From an uncultured bacterium (GTDB lineage: Bacteria; Patescibacteriota; JACMRA01), in the NCBI GenBank assembly GCA_963784355.1, contig CAWAQU010000009.1, positions 92,682-156,681 of the forward strand: 64,000 bases of DNA, written 5' to 3'. Under the pieces are notes generated by a model that was not told the origin of the DNA, ran no database searches, and was given only the letters and a program-made list of their open reading frames with translations. Of the stretch, positions 54,385 to 64,000 are shown in pieces (position 1 is the stretch's first letter; every line of letters starts with the position of its first letter). Made by a program: the position numbers and the translations under genes.

Positions 54385-55071
54385 ATGATACGTCTTTTAA
54401 ACGTAACTAAAAAATACACAGATAAACAACAATTTTCGCTTAATAATATCAGTTTAACTATAAATGCGGGGGAATTTGTATCAATAATCGGCCGTTCCGG
54501 TGCCGGAAAATCGACTTTACTTAAGATGCTTACAGGCGAAGAAAAACCTGATGGCAAGGGAGAGGTTTGGATAGAAGACATTAGAGTAGATAAAATCAAA
54601 CCGGAATTTCTACCTTTTTTAAGAAGAAGAATTGGCTATATTTTCCAGGATTATAAACTGTTGTCTAGTCGAACTGTTTTTGAAAATGTTAGTTTGGCTA
54701 TGGAGGTAGCGGGTGCCAGTAGAAAAGAGATTAATCGCGATGTGCCAAGATTGTTGGAGCTTGTAGGTATACCTGAGAAAGCAAAAAACTACCCTAGAGA
54801 ACTAAGTGGTGGTGAAAAACAAAGAGTGGCTATTGCTAGAGCTTTGTCGCATAATCCAATTTTATTGATAGCTGACGAGCCTACGGGACAGCTGGATAAA
54901 GCAAACAGTTATGAAATTATCACTTTGCTTTTAAAAATTAACAATTCAGGTACTACAGTAATTTTGGCTACTCATGAGCAAGAAGTTGTAGATAAGCTTA
55001 AAAAACGAGTAGTTACAATACAAAAAGGACAGGTTATTTTGGACCAAGAGGTTGGGTTGTATTACATTTAA
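54385..55071 (+). CDS. ftsE: Cell division ATP-binding protein FtsE
   Basis: [40 protein letters not shown]. Confidence 0.85.
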   Translation: MIRLLNVTKKYTDKQQFSLNNISLTINAGEFVSIIGRSGAGKSTLLKMLTGEEKPDGKGEVWIEDIRVDKIKPEFLPFLRRRIGYIFQDYKLLSSRTVFENVSLAMEVAGASRKEINRDVPRLLELVGIPEKAKNYPRELSGGEKQRVAIARALSHNPILLIADEPTGQLDKANSYEIITLLLKINNSGTTVILATHEQEVVDKLKKRVVTIQKGQVILDQEVGLYYI

Positions 55072-55204
55072 ATTTGATTTGAACTAGTTACAATTATGTC
55101 GAGTTGTGGCACCTTTCTAAAATTTTGGGTAATATAAACAATTGGGCAAATTGCCAGTCTTATATTTAGTATTAAATCTAGCTAACCTAATCAGTATTTC
55201 ATAT

Positions 55205-55438
55205 CTAAATATATAAGTACAACATTCCTACAATAAGAAGCAACCAAATAATATCTAGCATTATAAAAGGAATGCCGAATTTAGTGGCATTAATTCCATG
55301 GGTGGATTCTGAATTTTTCCAGAAGTCAGCTTTCTCATGAGTAAAATACTTGGTTTTTTTGAAAATATGGATACTGTCTAGCACTAAATAACCTATGCTT
55401 GATAAAGCAATAAGCACAAAAAATATTTTGTAGAACAT
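55205..55438 (-). CDS. Small two-TM hypothetical protein
   Basis: 77-aa ORF directly downstream of the DUF1653 gene. Confidence 0.55.
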   Translation of the reverse strand: MFYKIFFVLIALSSIGYLVLDSIHIFKKTKYFTHEKADFWKNSESTHGINATKFGIPFIMLDIIWLLLIVGMLYLYI

Positions 55439-55443
55439 AAAGA

Positions 55444-55755
55444 CTATTGGCTATCTTTATAATCAGTTGATATTTTGTCAATCAGCTTTAAATCTTCAAT
55501 TTTTTTGAATCTAGGAAAAGATTGTCCATTTTTTTCGACGTTTTCCATAAACATTTTAATAGGCCTGATAGTAAAATCAACAGCTGATTCCTCAATCCAT
55601 GGAGATTTGTATAAAGCTTTGTAAACTATAAAGATTTCATCAGTCTCTGAATGTTTGCCAGTTCCGACGATTTTATACGCATAGTTGAAAATATCTTTTT
55701 CCGGATTATGTTTAAAGTGATAATATAATTCACCGGCTTTAGGTAGGTCATGCAT
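55444..55755 (-). CDS. DUF1653 domain protein
   Basis: YYHFK, HSETDE..VYKALY, RPIKMF, RF. Confidence 0.85.
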   Translation of the reverse strand: MHDLPKAGELYYHFKHNPEKDIFNYAYKIVGTGKHSETDEIFIVYKALYKSPWIEESAVDFTIRPIKMFMENVEKNGQSFPRFKKIEDLKLIDKISTDYKDSQ

Positions 55756-55812
55756 ATTGCTCTGGACTAAAAGTTCAAAATAATAGTATGTTTATCAAAT
55801 AACAATCTACAA

Positions 55813-56601
55813 ATGTCAATTATCCAAAACTCCCAAGACCTCAATAGCCTCCGTGAAAGTTGCAAAATACTGGCAAGTTGTCTACATCATGTAAAAAATA
55901 TGGTTAAACCCGGAATTTCCGCAGGCGAACTAAATAAGTTTGCAATTAATTTTATAGATAAATACAATGCCAAACCATCTTTTTTAGGTTTATACGGCTA
56001 TCCTTATGCTTTAATTACCGAGTTAAATGAAGAAGTGGTTCATGGAATGTCTCCGGATGACAAAATAATCCCGGATAAATGTGTGGTCAGCTTTGATTGC
56101 GGTGTAAAATACAAAAATATGTATAGTGATATGTGTGTTTTGATGACAATAGGAGAAGTTGGTCCTGAAATAAAGATGTTGGTTGAGAAAACTGAAGAAT
56201 CTTTATGTGCAGGAATCAAAGAAGTAAAAGCCGGAAAGAGGGTAGGTGATATAGGTTTTGCCGTAAATAAAGTGATTAAGGATGCAGGACTTGGAAATGT
56301 GCTTGATTTGGGGGGGCATGGACTTGGTTATAAACCGCATGATGAGCCGCATATTACACATGCAGGGCAGCGAGGAAAAGGGGCAAGACTATTTGAAAAC
56401 CAGGTGATTGCAATTGAACCAATGGTTACTCTCGGTAGTGGAGAAGTAGATTTTGTACCTGTAAAAGGTAGCGGAATTGATGTGGTGATCAGTAGAGAAA
56501 GAGTGCCTTCAGCTCACATCGAACATACTGTTTTGGTGACTAAAAAAGGCTATGAAGTTTTGACTGAGATTGAGGAAAAAGATGTCTTACCTGTAATTTA
56601 A
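55813..56601 (+). CDS. map: Type I methionine aminopeptidase
   Basis: NEEVVHG, FDCG...SD, GHGLG..PHDEP, AIEPM, SAHIEHT. Confidence 0.93.
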   Translation: MSIIQNSQDLNSLRESCKILASCLHHVKNMVKPGISAGELNKFAINFIDKYNAKPSFLGLYGYPYALITELNEEVVHGMSPDDKIIPDKCVVSFDCGVKYKNMYSDMCVLMTIGEVGPEIKMLVEKTEESLCAGIKEVKAGKRVGDIGFAVNKVIKDAGLGNVLDLGGHGLGYKPHDEPHITHAGQRGKGARLFENQVIAIEPMVTLGSGEVDFVPVKGSGIDVVISRERVPSAHIEHTVLVTKKGYEVLTEIEEKDVLPVI

Positions 56602-56665
56602 ATCGTAAAAATCAAGAATTGACGCCTTGGTGGGCTATTTCAAGCTAAAACCGATTATTCCGATC

Positions 56666-58192
56666 TTAGATATTTCCGGTCTGATTCAAATCAAAGCTAA
56701 CTTTACCCAACTTCACTTTAATTGTTCTGCTCTGTTCTTCGTATTTATATCCATTTGTACTATCTCCTCCAATTATTCTTCTAATAACCAACTCTACTTC
56801 ATCATCCGGCTGTTTGCTCAAAATAACACGTCTAAGCGGAGAAGGGTTTTGATCTGTGGCTACCAACTTTGTACCGTTAAATTCAAGAATAATATCTCCT
56901 GCCTGAAGTCCGGATTGTTCTGCCGGAGAGCCTTTGGCTATTGCGTTTTCACCTGTAGCCCCTATTAAAATCTCACCATAATCAACGGGTAACCAAGCAC
57001 TTTCTTTGGCTATGAGTGGAGTAATAGGCTTTGTATATACTCCTAGTCTGGGTCTTAAAATTATATTGTTTTTAGCATAACTATTTAAATCTGCCACAAT
57101 TAAGTTGGAAGAAATGGCAAAACCGATGTTTTGTGAATCTGAAGTACCAAGAGTATTCATACCTATTAATCGACCTGTACTGTCAAATAATGGCCCTCCT
57201 GAGTTACCTTTGTTGATGGCTGCGTCAGTTTGTATCAAGCCGTCAATATATGATACTCGACTGGAAGTACACTGATCTACAAGCCCTTCACTATCACCAC
57301 CAACTGTTCTGTTTAAGCCTGAAACTATACCTTTAGTCACACTGTTTTGTAATTGACCAAGTACATTACCTACGGCTATGGCCTCAGCTCCAATAGGGAT
57401 ACTGTTGCTGTCGCCGAATTTCACAGGAGTAAATTTTTGATTTTGATTTTTGATTTTTAAAATAGCTACATCATCAATCGGATCAACACTCATTAAATCA
57501 AGCTCGTAAGCCTGTTGATTTTGAGCTGCACCGTATATTTTGATATTATTGTTATTTGAAGTACATTTGTTTGCAATTACGTGTTTGTTGGTAATCACTA
57601 AACCATCTTCACTTACAATAAATCCTGTACCTGCAACAATATCTGAAGCTACGCCCAATCGATTGCTTTCTGATTTTACACTTAAAGAAAGTACCGCAGG
57701 CAATACTTCTTGTACTACTTGAGTTGTGGTTTTACTGTCTCCTGGTTCAATAAATTTAAAATTCTGAGCATTATTTAATCCAAGTAAACTTGTTAAAGCT
57801 TTATTTTCATCTTGTTTTATAGCCAAGTTGGAGGTTTGTTGATCTTTGTTTTCATTGACTACAAAATAATTTTTTAAAGCGGTGTTACCAATAATCCACT
57901 TACTTACAGGGCTGGTAGGCTGAAACAAAATATAGGCTAAAAGTCCGCTAATAAGAAGAACAATTAGTACTACAAAAATACCTAAAGTACGTAAAAATTC
58001 ATTAATTGATTGGCTGATTGGTTTACGTTTGGGTTTGCGAGGTTGGTTATTTTCTTGAGGATTTTGATTTGAGTTTGGGAAGTTCATATTACTTTGATTT
58101 GTATTATTAGTTTTTTCGTTTTGAGGATTTTGTTGATTAGAAAGAATATTTAAGGGACTACTCTGAAAATTTCTACCATTATTATCTGTCAT
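56666..58192 (-). CDS. HtrA/DegP-like serine protease with a PDZ domain
   Basis: GTGF, TNKHV, DVAILK, QTDAAINKGNSGGPL, SPAEQSGLQAGDII. Confidence 0.92.
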   Translation of the reverse strand: MTDNNGRNFQSSPLNILSNQQNPQNEKTNNTNQSNMNFPNSNQNPQENNQPRKPKRKPISQSINEFLRTLGIFVVLIVLLISGLLAYILFQPTSPVSKWIIGNTALKNYFVVNENKDQQTSNLAIKQDENKALTSLLGLNNAQNFKFIEPGDSKTTTQVVQEVLPAVLSLSVKSESNRLGVASDIVAGTGFIVSEDGLVITNKHVIANKCTSNNNNIKIYGAAQNQQAYELDLMSVDPIDDVAILKIKNQNQKFTPVKFGDSNSIPIGAEAIAVGNVLGQLQNSVTKGIVSGLNRTVGGDSEGLVDQCTSSRVSYIDGLIQTDAAINKGNSGGPLFDSTGRLIGMNTLGTSDSQNIGFAISSNLIVADLNSYAKNNIILRPRLGVYTKPITPLIAKESAWLPVDYGEILIGATGENAIAKGSPAEQSGLQAGDIILEFNGTKLVATDQNPSPLRRVILSKQPDDEVELVIRRIIGGDSTNGYKYEEQSRTIKVKLGKVSFDLNQTGNI

Positions 58193-58405
58193 AGAATAAC
58201 TATATTAGTACAATATATACAACATAGGCTAATTTTTGTCAAAATGATAATTATAAATCTGATCAGCTTATTTAGGCATATTTTCGGGTAAACTTACTTG
58301 CACAAACTAGTTAAATATGTTATTAATGGAAGACAGCGCAATTTTAGTGCAAAAATGTACAAGACTTATAAACTGATGTATAATTATTAATGTATTAGCG
58401 TACTT

Positions 58406-59692
58406 ATGGCCAAAATATCTGAACCCGGACTGTTAATATTTCTCCTGCAAATCTCATTGCTGTTTATCTTGGCAAAGTTGGCAGGTAACTTCTTTAAAAA
58501 GATCAATCAGCCTCCCGTGATAGGAGAGCTTTTATCAGGATTGATACTTGGACCTACCATACTAGGTAACCTATTTCCTAGTACTTTTAACTGGTTATTT
58601 ATTAATTCTACTCAGTCAGATTTAGCTTTAGATGGATTTGTGTACATGGCCTTGATTCTACTTTTATTTATAGTAGGGCTCGAAGTCAATTTAAAAACCA
58701 TAGCTAAAGAAAAAAAAGTTGTATTTTGGAATAGTTTGATGGGATTAGTGATCCCTTTGGTATGTGGATTTAGCTCGGGTTGGCTTATGTATGATTTATT
58801 GGATTTAAAGATTTCCAGACCAATTTTTAGTATATTTTTTGGAGTAGCCTTGTCTATTTCAGCTTTGCCGGTGATTGCTAAAATCATGATAGATTTGGAT
58901 TTGTTAAAGACTAGAATTGGAAGTATTATACTTGCTACAACTACAGTAAACGATGTGGTAGGTTGGATATTTTTTACAGTTCTTCTAAGTATCGCCGGTT
59001 CTGGTCATGGGGAGACTAAAAATATTCCGTTTTTAATTTTTTCCACAATCGGTTTTATTGCATTTTCACTTTTATTACTACCTAAATTGATTCGCACTTT
59101 GTTTACTAAGTTTGATAAACTGCAAAAGCTTGATAATTCTCTTGTGCTTGGAGTAGCAGTGGCTTTTTTATGTGCTTTAGCTACCGAATATATTGGTATA
59201 CACGCTGTTTTCGGGGCATTTTTGGCCGGTGTAGCAATTGGGGATGTAAAATTGTTTTCTACTGAAGCTAAGGAAACTTTTAATCAATTTATTTAGAACA
59301 TTCTCTCGCCCTTATTTTTTGCTTCTATAGGGCTCAAAGTTAATTTTTTCCAGAGTTTTAATTTCAGTTTAGTCCTGATTGTACTTGTAGTGGCTTGTGC
59401 AACTAAAATTGTAGCAGGATTAATCGGAGGTAAAATTTACAATTTAAATATGAGAAAATCTTTTGCAATAGGTATGGGTATAAATGCTAGAGGTGGCACG
59501 GGTATTATTCTGGCAGTTTTATCTTACAATGCAGAAATAATCAATCAAGAACTATTTACTGCTCTTGTGATAATGGCAATTGTCACTAGCATGATGAGTG
59601 GATTTAGTCTTAAAAGTTTACTAGTCAATCACAAAAATCGCAAGGAACACTCTGATGACTTAGTAGATTCTACTCAAAGCATTTCAGCTTAG
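58406..59692 (+). pseudogene. CPA2 cation:proton antiporter with one in-frame TAG (59294-59296)
   Basis: QPPVIGE, SISALPV, GAFLAG...FI*NILSPLFFASIGL...GINARG are all in one frame. Confidence 0.8.
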
Positions 59693-61313
59693 TCACCCAA
59701 TCTGGCTGAGTAAAGTCTCTTACACCGCCATAGTAGTTTTTGATCTTTTCCTCATCCCCCCTAAAATAAATTAGGCAAGTATCTTTAATAGCCTCAGCTT
59801 TACCTATTTCTATAGGAATCTGGGTTTTATTAAGGTTCTGCAATTTATTATAAAAAGCTACTTGAATATAAGGCTCTTGGTAATTACTGGATACAATAAC
59901 TTTTTTAGGATTTTGTTTAAAGGCAGTTTCTAAAGCTTTATCAAAACCATAGCTCTCAAAACCGGGTTTGCTAAGTTCGGTATAGTTCGGATAATTGGTT
60001 GTGTTGTAATAGTAAAACATATGCCCGCCTATTTCAAACAACAGTACAAATAAAATCGCACCCGCTACAATCAGTCTTTTTTTGAGGTTGGTCGTGGTTT
60101 CGTAAAAGAGATTTAGACCAAAACAGGAAACCAGAAAGATAAATAGTCCAAGTAATAAACTTCTTAAAGCGTGTGGAGTGCTATCTGAAGTGAGAGCTGC
60201 AGCTATAGGAGAGATGAGTAGGTTGAAAAGCAGAAATAGACTAAACTGCTCCTTTTTCTGTTTACTTAGGATGTAGATTAAACCGACTACAAATAGGAAA
60301 AATACAACAAAAAAAGTTATTCCGCCGTACCCGACAGTGTGTCTAATATTGCTGTCACCTTTGAAAAGTAAAAAATTAGGAGTAAAATAAAGGCTATATT
60401 CGGTAAAAAACTTAATAACTTTTTCTTGTATACTTAGAGTACTACTTGCAATGTAGGAAATCGAATTGAATCTGTTGGTTAATCTGTCCGGATTGGAAAA
60501 CAAGAAAATTAGCCAAGGAATTATAGCTAATAAGCTACCTAAAATAATCCCACCTAGCTTAAACCAATTTTCTCTTTGCCTGTATATAAATATCAAGCCT
60601 AAAATAAACAAAAAAGTTAGAAGTCGGGCAGTAGAGTAGGTATAGATGCTTAAACCAATGATCAAGCCTGTTAAAACAGCTAGAAAAACTCGTTTTTGCT
60701 TTAGAAATTTTAAATTTTGCAATATGTTTTGGCGATTAAATGGCTCTCTACTTGAAATTGAGACAGGCTGCTCCTGAATTTCTTTTTTTACTTGTTTTGT
60801 TTCGAACAAAATGTATATTAAATATAGAGAAATAGCTGTAGTAGTGAGTTGTGAGATCAATTCAAAAGAAACTCTAGAGAGATTAAAATAAATCGGTAAA
60901 AAACCAAAGCCTAAAATTGTGTATATCCTAATAAATAAATTGTCTTTAAATATTTTTCTGGTGAGTAGATAAACAAATATAAAACCGAGAAAATAAAAGA
61001 CGAAGCTGGTTAAACGTAGACTAAATATAGAGAAACCGAAAATTTTAAATAGTAAGGCGGTAGTGTAAATATACAGCGGATTTTTGTATTCTCCAAATGC
61101 TTTAAAATACAATGGCCAGGAAGTACCAAATTCATCTGTACCTGACTCAGCAATCTTAATGGCGTTGTAACCTATAGAACTTTCATCAATGTAAAGACCT
61201 CTTGGAAGTGAATCAATGGAATAGAGGTGAGCAAAAATAACTATCAAGATTAAGACTATCTCTAGTATTAAAAACCAGTACTTTTTCAAAAATTGAGGGG
61301 TAAAATCGTACAT
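59670..61313 (-). CDS. ArnT/GT39-like GT-C glycosyltransferase
   Basis: PRGLYIDESSIGYNA, GEYKNPLYIY, LSRVSFE, PHALR. Confidence 0.85.
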   Translation of the reverse strand: MYDFTPQFLKKYWFLILEIVLILIVIFAHLYSIDSLPRGLYIDESSIGYNAIKIAESGTDEFGTSWPLYFKAFGEYKNPLYIYTTALLFKIFGFSIFSLRLTSFVFYFLGFIFVYLLTRKIFKDNLFIRIYTILGFGFLPIYFNLSRVSFELISQLTTTAISLYLIYILFETKQVKKEIQEQPVSISSREPFNRQNILQNLKFLKQKRVFLAVLTGLIIGLSIYTYSTARLLTFLFILGLIFIYRQRENWFKLGGIILGSLLAIIPWLIFLFSNPDRLTNRFNSISYIASSTLSIQEKVIKFFTEYSLYFTPNFLLFKGDSNIRHTVGYGGITFFVVFFLFVVGLIYILSKQKKEQFSLFLLFNLLISPIAAALTSDSTPHALRSLLLGLFIFLVSCFGLNLFYETTTNLKKRLIVAGAILFVLLFEIGGHMFYYYNTTNYPNYTELSKPGFESYGFDKALETAFKQNPKKVIVSSNYQEPYIQVAFYNKLQNLNKTQIPIEIGKAEAIKDTCLIYFRGDEEKIKNYYGGVRDFTQPDWVTKLKCFE

Positions 61314-61317
61314 AAAA

Positions 61318-63180
61318 TTATTTTAAAGAGTAAATAAACACAACTTTGTTAGCTTGATATATAGGTTTAGTCTGAAGTAAATATTTTAAGTTCTGTCTAC
61401 TTATACTAGCTCGATCGTCAGACTCTTTGTCAGTAGATTTATTTTGCTGACTCTTCCAAATTTCATCACTCAGATTTTGTAAAGTATTTATATCTACAAC
61501 CAAGTAATCATCTTGTAAATCACTAATCCTAACCAATTTTAAATCTGTGGACAATCTATCTATTGTCTCTAATTTCTTGCCTTTGCCGGTAACTTTTGCA
61601 AAATATACTAAAAAGCTTGGTCCAAAATCTATATCAAATTTTACATTCCAAGTATCACCGGATTTTTGCTTAATAATTTGTTTTTCAACCAAGTAATTTA
61701 TAGCTTTGCCTTGCTCTTCCTTCCAGCTAATTGTGGAGTCTGTGGCCAGTTGCCATTTCGGTTTTGTCCACAAATCGTTTACGTAAGTCAAACCTTGAGG
61801 GACTGCAAATATACCACAAATGATATAAATAACCAGAACAAAACCGCAAGATAAATCAAGGTACACTTTCTTTTGCTTGAAAATAAGATAAACTAACCAA
61901 GCTACACCGAAGTAAATAAATAGTAAGACTGTATAAAAATGCCTGTAACCGATTGTAAGTGTGCTGTTTTTAGCTATCAAATAATAAATTATCGGTAGGG
62001 CTAGGGCTAGGGCAGAAAAGTAAATATATTTATATTTTGTTTGAAGATAGTTTTTTGAAGTTTGAAGATATTGAGATAAATTATGTCTTTTGAGATATAT
62101 TAAACTAAGAATACCCAGTAATATAAAAAGTAAAAACAAGAGTAACCCAGGATTTTCTTTGAACCAAAAGATACGATTAATAAATTGTCCGAAGCTAATT
62201 ACTTCAAAATGGTCATCAACAAAATTTGGGATGCTATTTTCCGAGCGATTTAAAGAATGAATTGCTCCACCATGAATTCTAATAATAGGGTCTGTATACC
62301 ATGAGCTTTGCAGAGGTATTCCCATGTTTGATACGGGAGTTCCGTTTCTATAAGCTACAAAAGTTAGGCTCCAAGTAGCTGCAAATAGTATTAAACTAGC
62401 TACTGTACTATATAAAAAAACAGTTCTTGTGAGGCCAAAGTCTTTTTTAACAGCAAAATAAATTGCTAATATCCCAAGAAAAGCAGCAAAAATTCCTAGA
62501 ATAATGTAGTTACTAAATTTTACATTCAAGGCAGTAAATATGCAAAGAACTAGTATCGAAAAGTGTAGCCACCTTTGTTTTGTATCCAATTTAATATAGT
62601 TATAGATAAAAATCAGTAAGCTAAGTATCGAAAGTAAAGACTCAAAGATTGCTCCGGCTGTATCAAAAGTGAGTAAAAAGTTTTGGCCGAAGAAGCTAGG
62701 AGAAAAAGTGTATAAGATTCCTAAAACTAGACTGAATTTTTTTGGTAGTAAATTAAAGTAGCAGGTGTAAATCAATAAAAATATTAAAAGTGCAGAATTA
62801 AATACTAAATAAACTGTTCTAGAAGCTTGTAAAATTTGATCAATTCCGTAAGGCCCAAATATCATGAAATCAATACTTCTGGACCATTGACCCAAGTCAT
62901 CAGATTTGTAATCAGAGAAAAACGCATTGATCACAGCGGCGTTAAGGCTTTTTAATAGCGGAGGGTGCTCTAAATTTAGATCTTGGCCTTGAGTAATTGC
63001 CTGGGCAGCTGAAAGATGAGCTATTTCATCGGTAGTGATAGGTAAGTTTTGAATTGAATATGTTCCAATAGCAAAGTAGGCTATTAATAAACAGCAAAAA
63101 AGAACTAAATAATTTTTGTAATTAAAAATGGACTTTAGCATCACCTTATTTTTGCCTTGAGATTTGAAATTAGTCAACAC
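61318..63180 (-). CDS. ArnT/GT39-like GT-C glycosyltransferase
   Basis: TTDEIAH, NLEHPPLLK, IGYRH, DSTISW. Confidence 0.8.
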   Translation of the reverse strand: MLTNFKSQGKNKVMLKSIFNYKNYLVLFCCLLIAYFAIGTYSIQNLPITTDEIAHLSAAQAITQGQDLNLEHPPLLKSLNAAVINAFFSDYKSDDLGQWSRSIDFMIFGPYGIDQILQASRTVYLVFNSALLIFLLIYTCYFNLLPKKFSLVLGILYTFSPSFFGQNFLLTFDTAGAIFESLLSILSLLIFIYNYIKLDTKQRWLHFSILVLCIFTALNVKFSNYIILGIFAAFLGILAIYFAVKKDFGLTRTVFLYSTVASLILFAATWSLTFVAYRNGTPVSNMGIPLQSSWYTDPIIRIHGGAIHSLNRSENSIPNFVDDHFEVISFGQFINRIFWFKENPGLLLFLLFILLGILSLIYLKRHNLSQYLQTSKNYLQTKYKYIYFSALALALPIIYYLIAKNSTLTIGYRHFYTVLLFIYFGVAWLVYLIFKQKKVYLDLSCGFVLVIYIICGIFAVPQGLTYVNDLWTKPKWQLATDSTISWKEEQGKAINYLVEKQIIKQKSGDTWNVKFDIDFGPSFLVYFAKVTGKGKKLETIDRLSTDLKLVRISDLQDDYLVVDINTLQNLSDEIWKSQQNKSTDKESDDRASISRQNLKYLLQTKPIYQANKVVFIYSLK

Positions 63181-63386
63181 ACAGTCCTTGTACTAGAATC
63201 ACTCAACACTGCAAATTTTCTCTCTTCAAAACAAAACTCGTAATTTACATTATAATATTGAATCCAAGTAAGACATAACTCAAACAATTGTTTTATCGTT
63301 TGTAAATTCAGTGTTGAGCGAGCTCCGGTCCTTTTATACCTATTCTTATTCTTGACATCAGAAAAAAAGCCAGCTTTCATCATTTT

Positions 63387-63953
63387 ATGAACTATATTAC
63401 CTTCGATATAGAAACTTACAGTCCAAGTAATTCCGGAAGAATTGATACAAATGAATTTAGAGTCACGGTAATTGGAGCTTATTATAGCTGGCTTGATAAA
63501 TATATTGCTTTTTTAGAGAAGGATGTAAAAGACTTTTTGGAAAGTTTGAAACAAGCTGATTTGGTGGTGGGTTTCAACCATATTTGGTTTGATTTACCTG
63601 TACTTCAGAAATATGCAAATTATAATCTTTTGGAGCTTACCAACTAGGATATAATGCTGGAATTGGAAAAAAGCGGTTTTAAATCCAGACTTAATGATCT
63701 TTGTAAATCCAATTTAGGCGATCAGAAAACGGATAGCTTTGAAAACTTTAGTACTTATCATAAAGAAGGTAAATGGGCTGAATTAATTGATTATTGTCTA
63801 AATGACGTGCGTTTGACTGAAGAACTGTTTAGAATGGTTATGAGAGGCGAAAAGATCAAGTTTAAAGATGCTTTGGATACTAAAGAATTTATTTTGACTC
63901 AACCTGTAGGTAAAAAAATTGAGTTTGGGGCACATCCGGACAGTATATTTTAG
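63387..63953 (+). pseudogene. RNase H-like (DEDD) exonuclease domain protein with one in-frame TAG (63645-63647)
   Basis: FDIET, VGFN..FDLPVL, TN*DIMLE, YCLNDVRLT are all in one frame. Confidence 0.8.
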
Positions 63954-64000
63954 GTTTTTTAGTTGAGTTTTGTTTAAAATTCCCAACTCGAGATTAGCGG

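Overview
AT-rich chromosomal window whose gene content and organisation look like a Patescibacteria (CPR) genome using genetic code 11 (inferred, not proven). It holds about 55 CDSs, tRNA-Glu(CTC), a stand-alone 23S rRNA gene without 16S/5S, and one complete IS3-family element (39287-40607, 3-bp TSD GAT). Normally operonic genes (rpsG, gyrB, nusA, trmD, ftsE, ftsQ-like, map, 23S) occur singly, many with their own TTGAC-N17 promoter. Main points of interest: (1) leucyl-tRNA synthetase is split into two genes, and the N-terminal half carries four Nudix domains in the CP1 editing domain; a separately encoded C-terminal ValRS module lies about 13 kb away. (2) Between the leuS halves sits a small, probably secreted protein with the architecture of the cyanobacterial heterocyst inhibitor PatX (PHRGFGRRE, one base from RGSGR), a possible host-signal mimic. 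(3) A 12-bp palindrome, AAACACGTGTTT, recurs at least four times. (4) trmD has a +1 frameshift and two genes have in-frame TAGs, which may be assembly errors or recoding. All family assignments come from motif recognition by eye; no searches were run.
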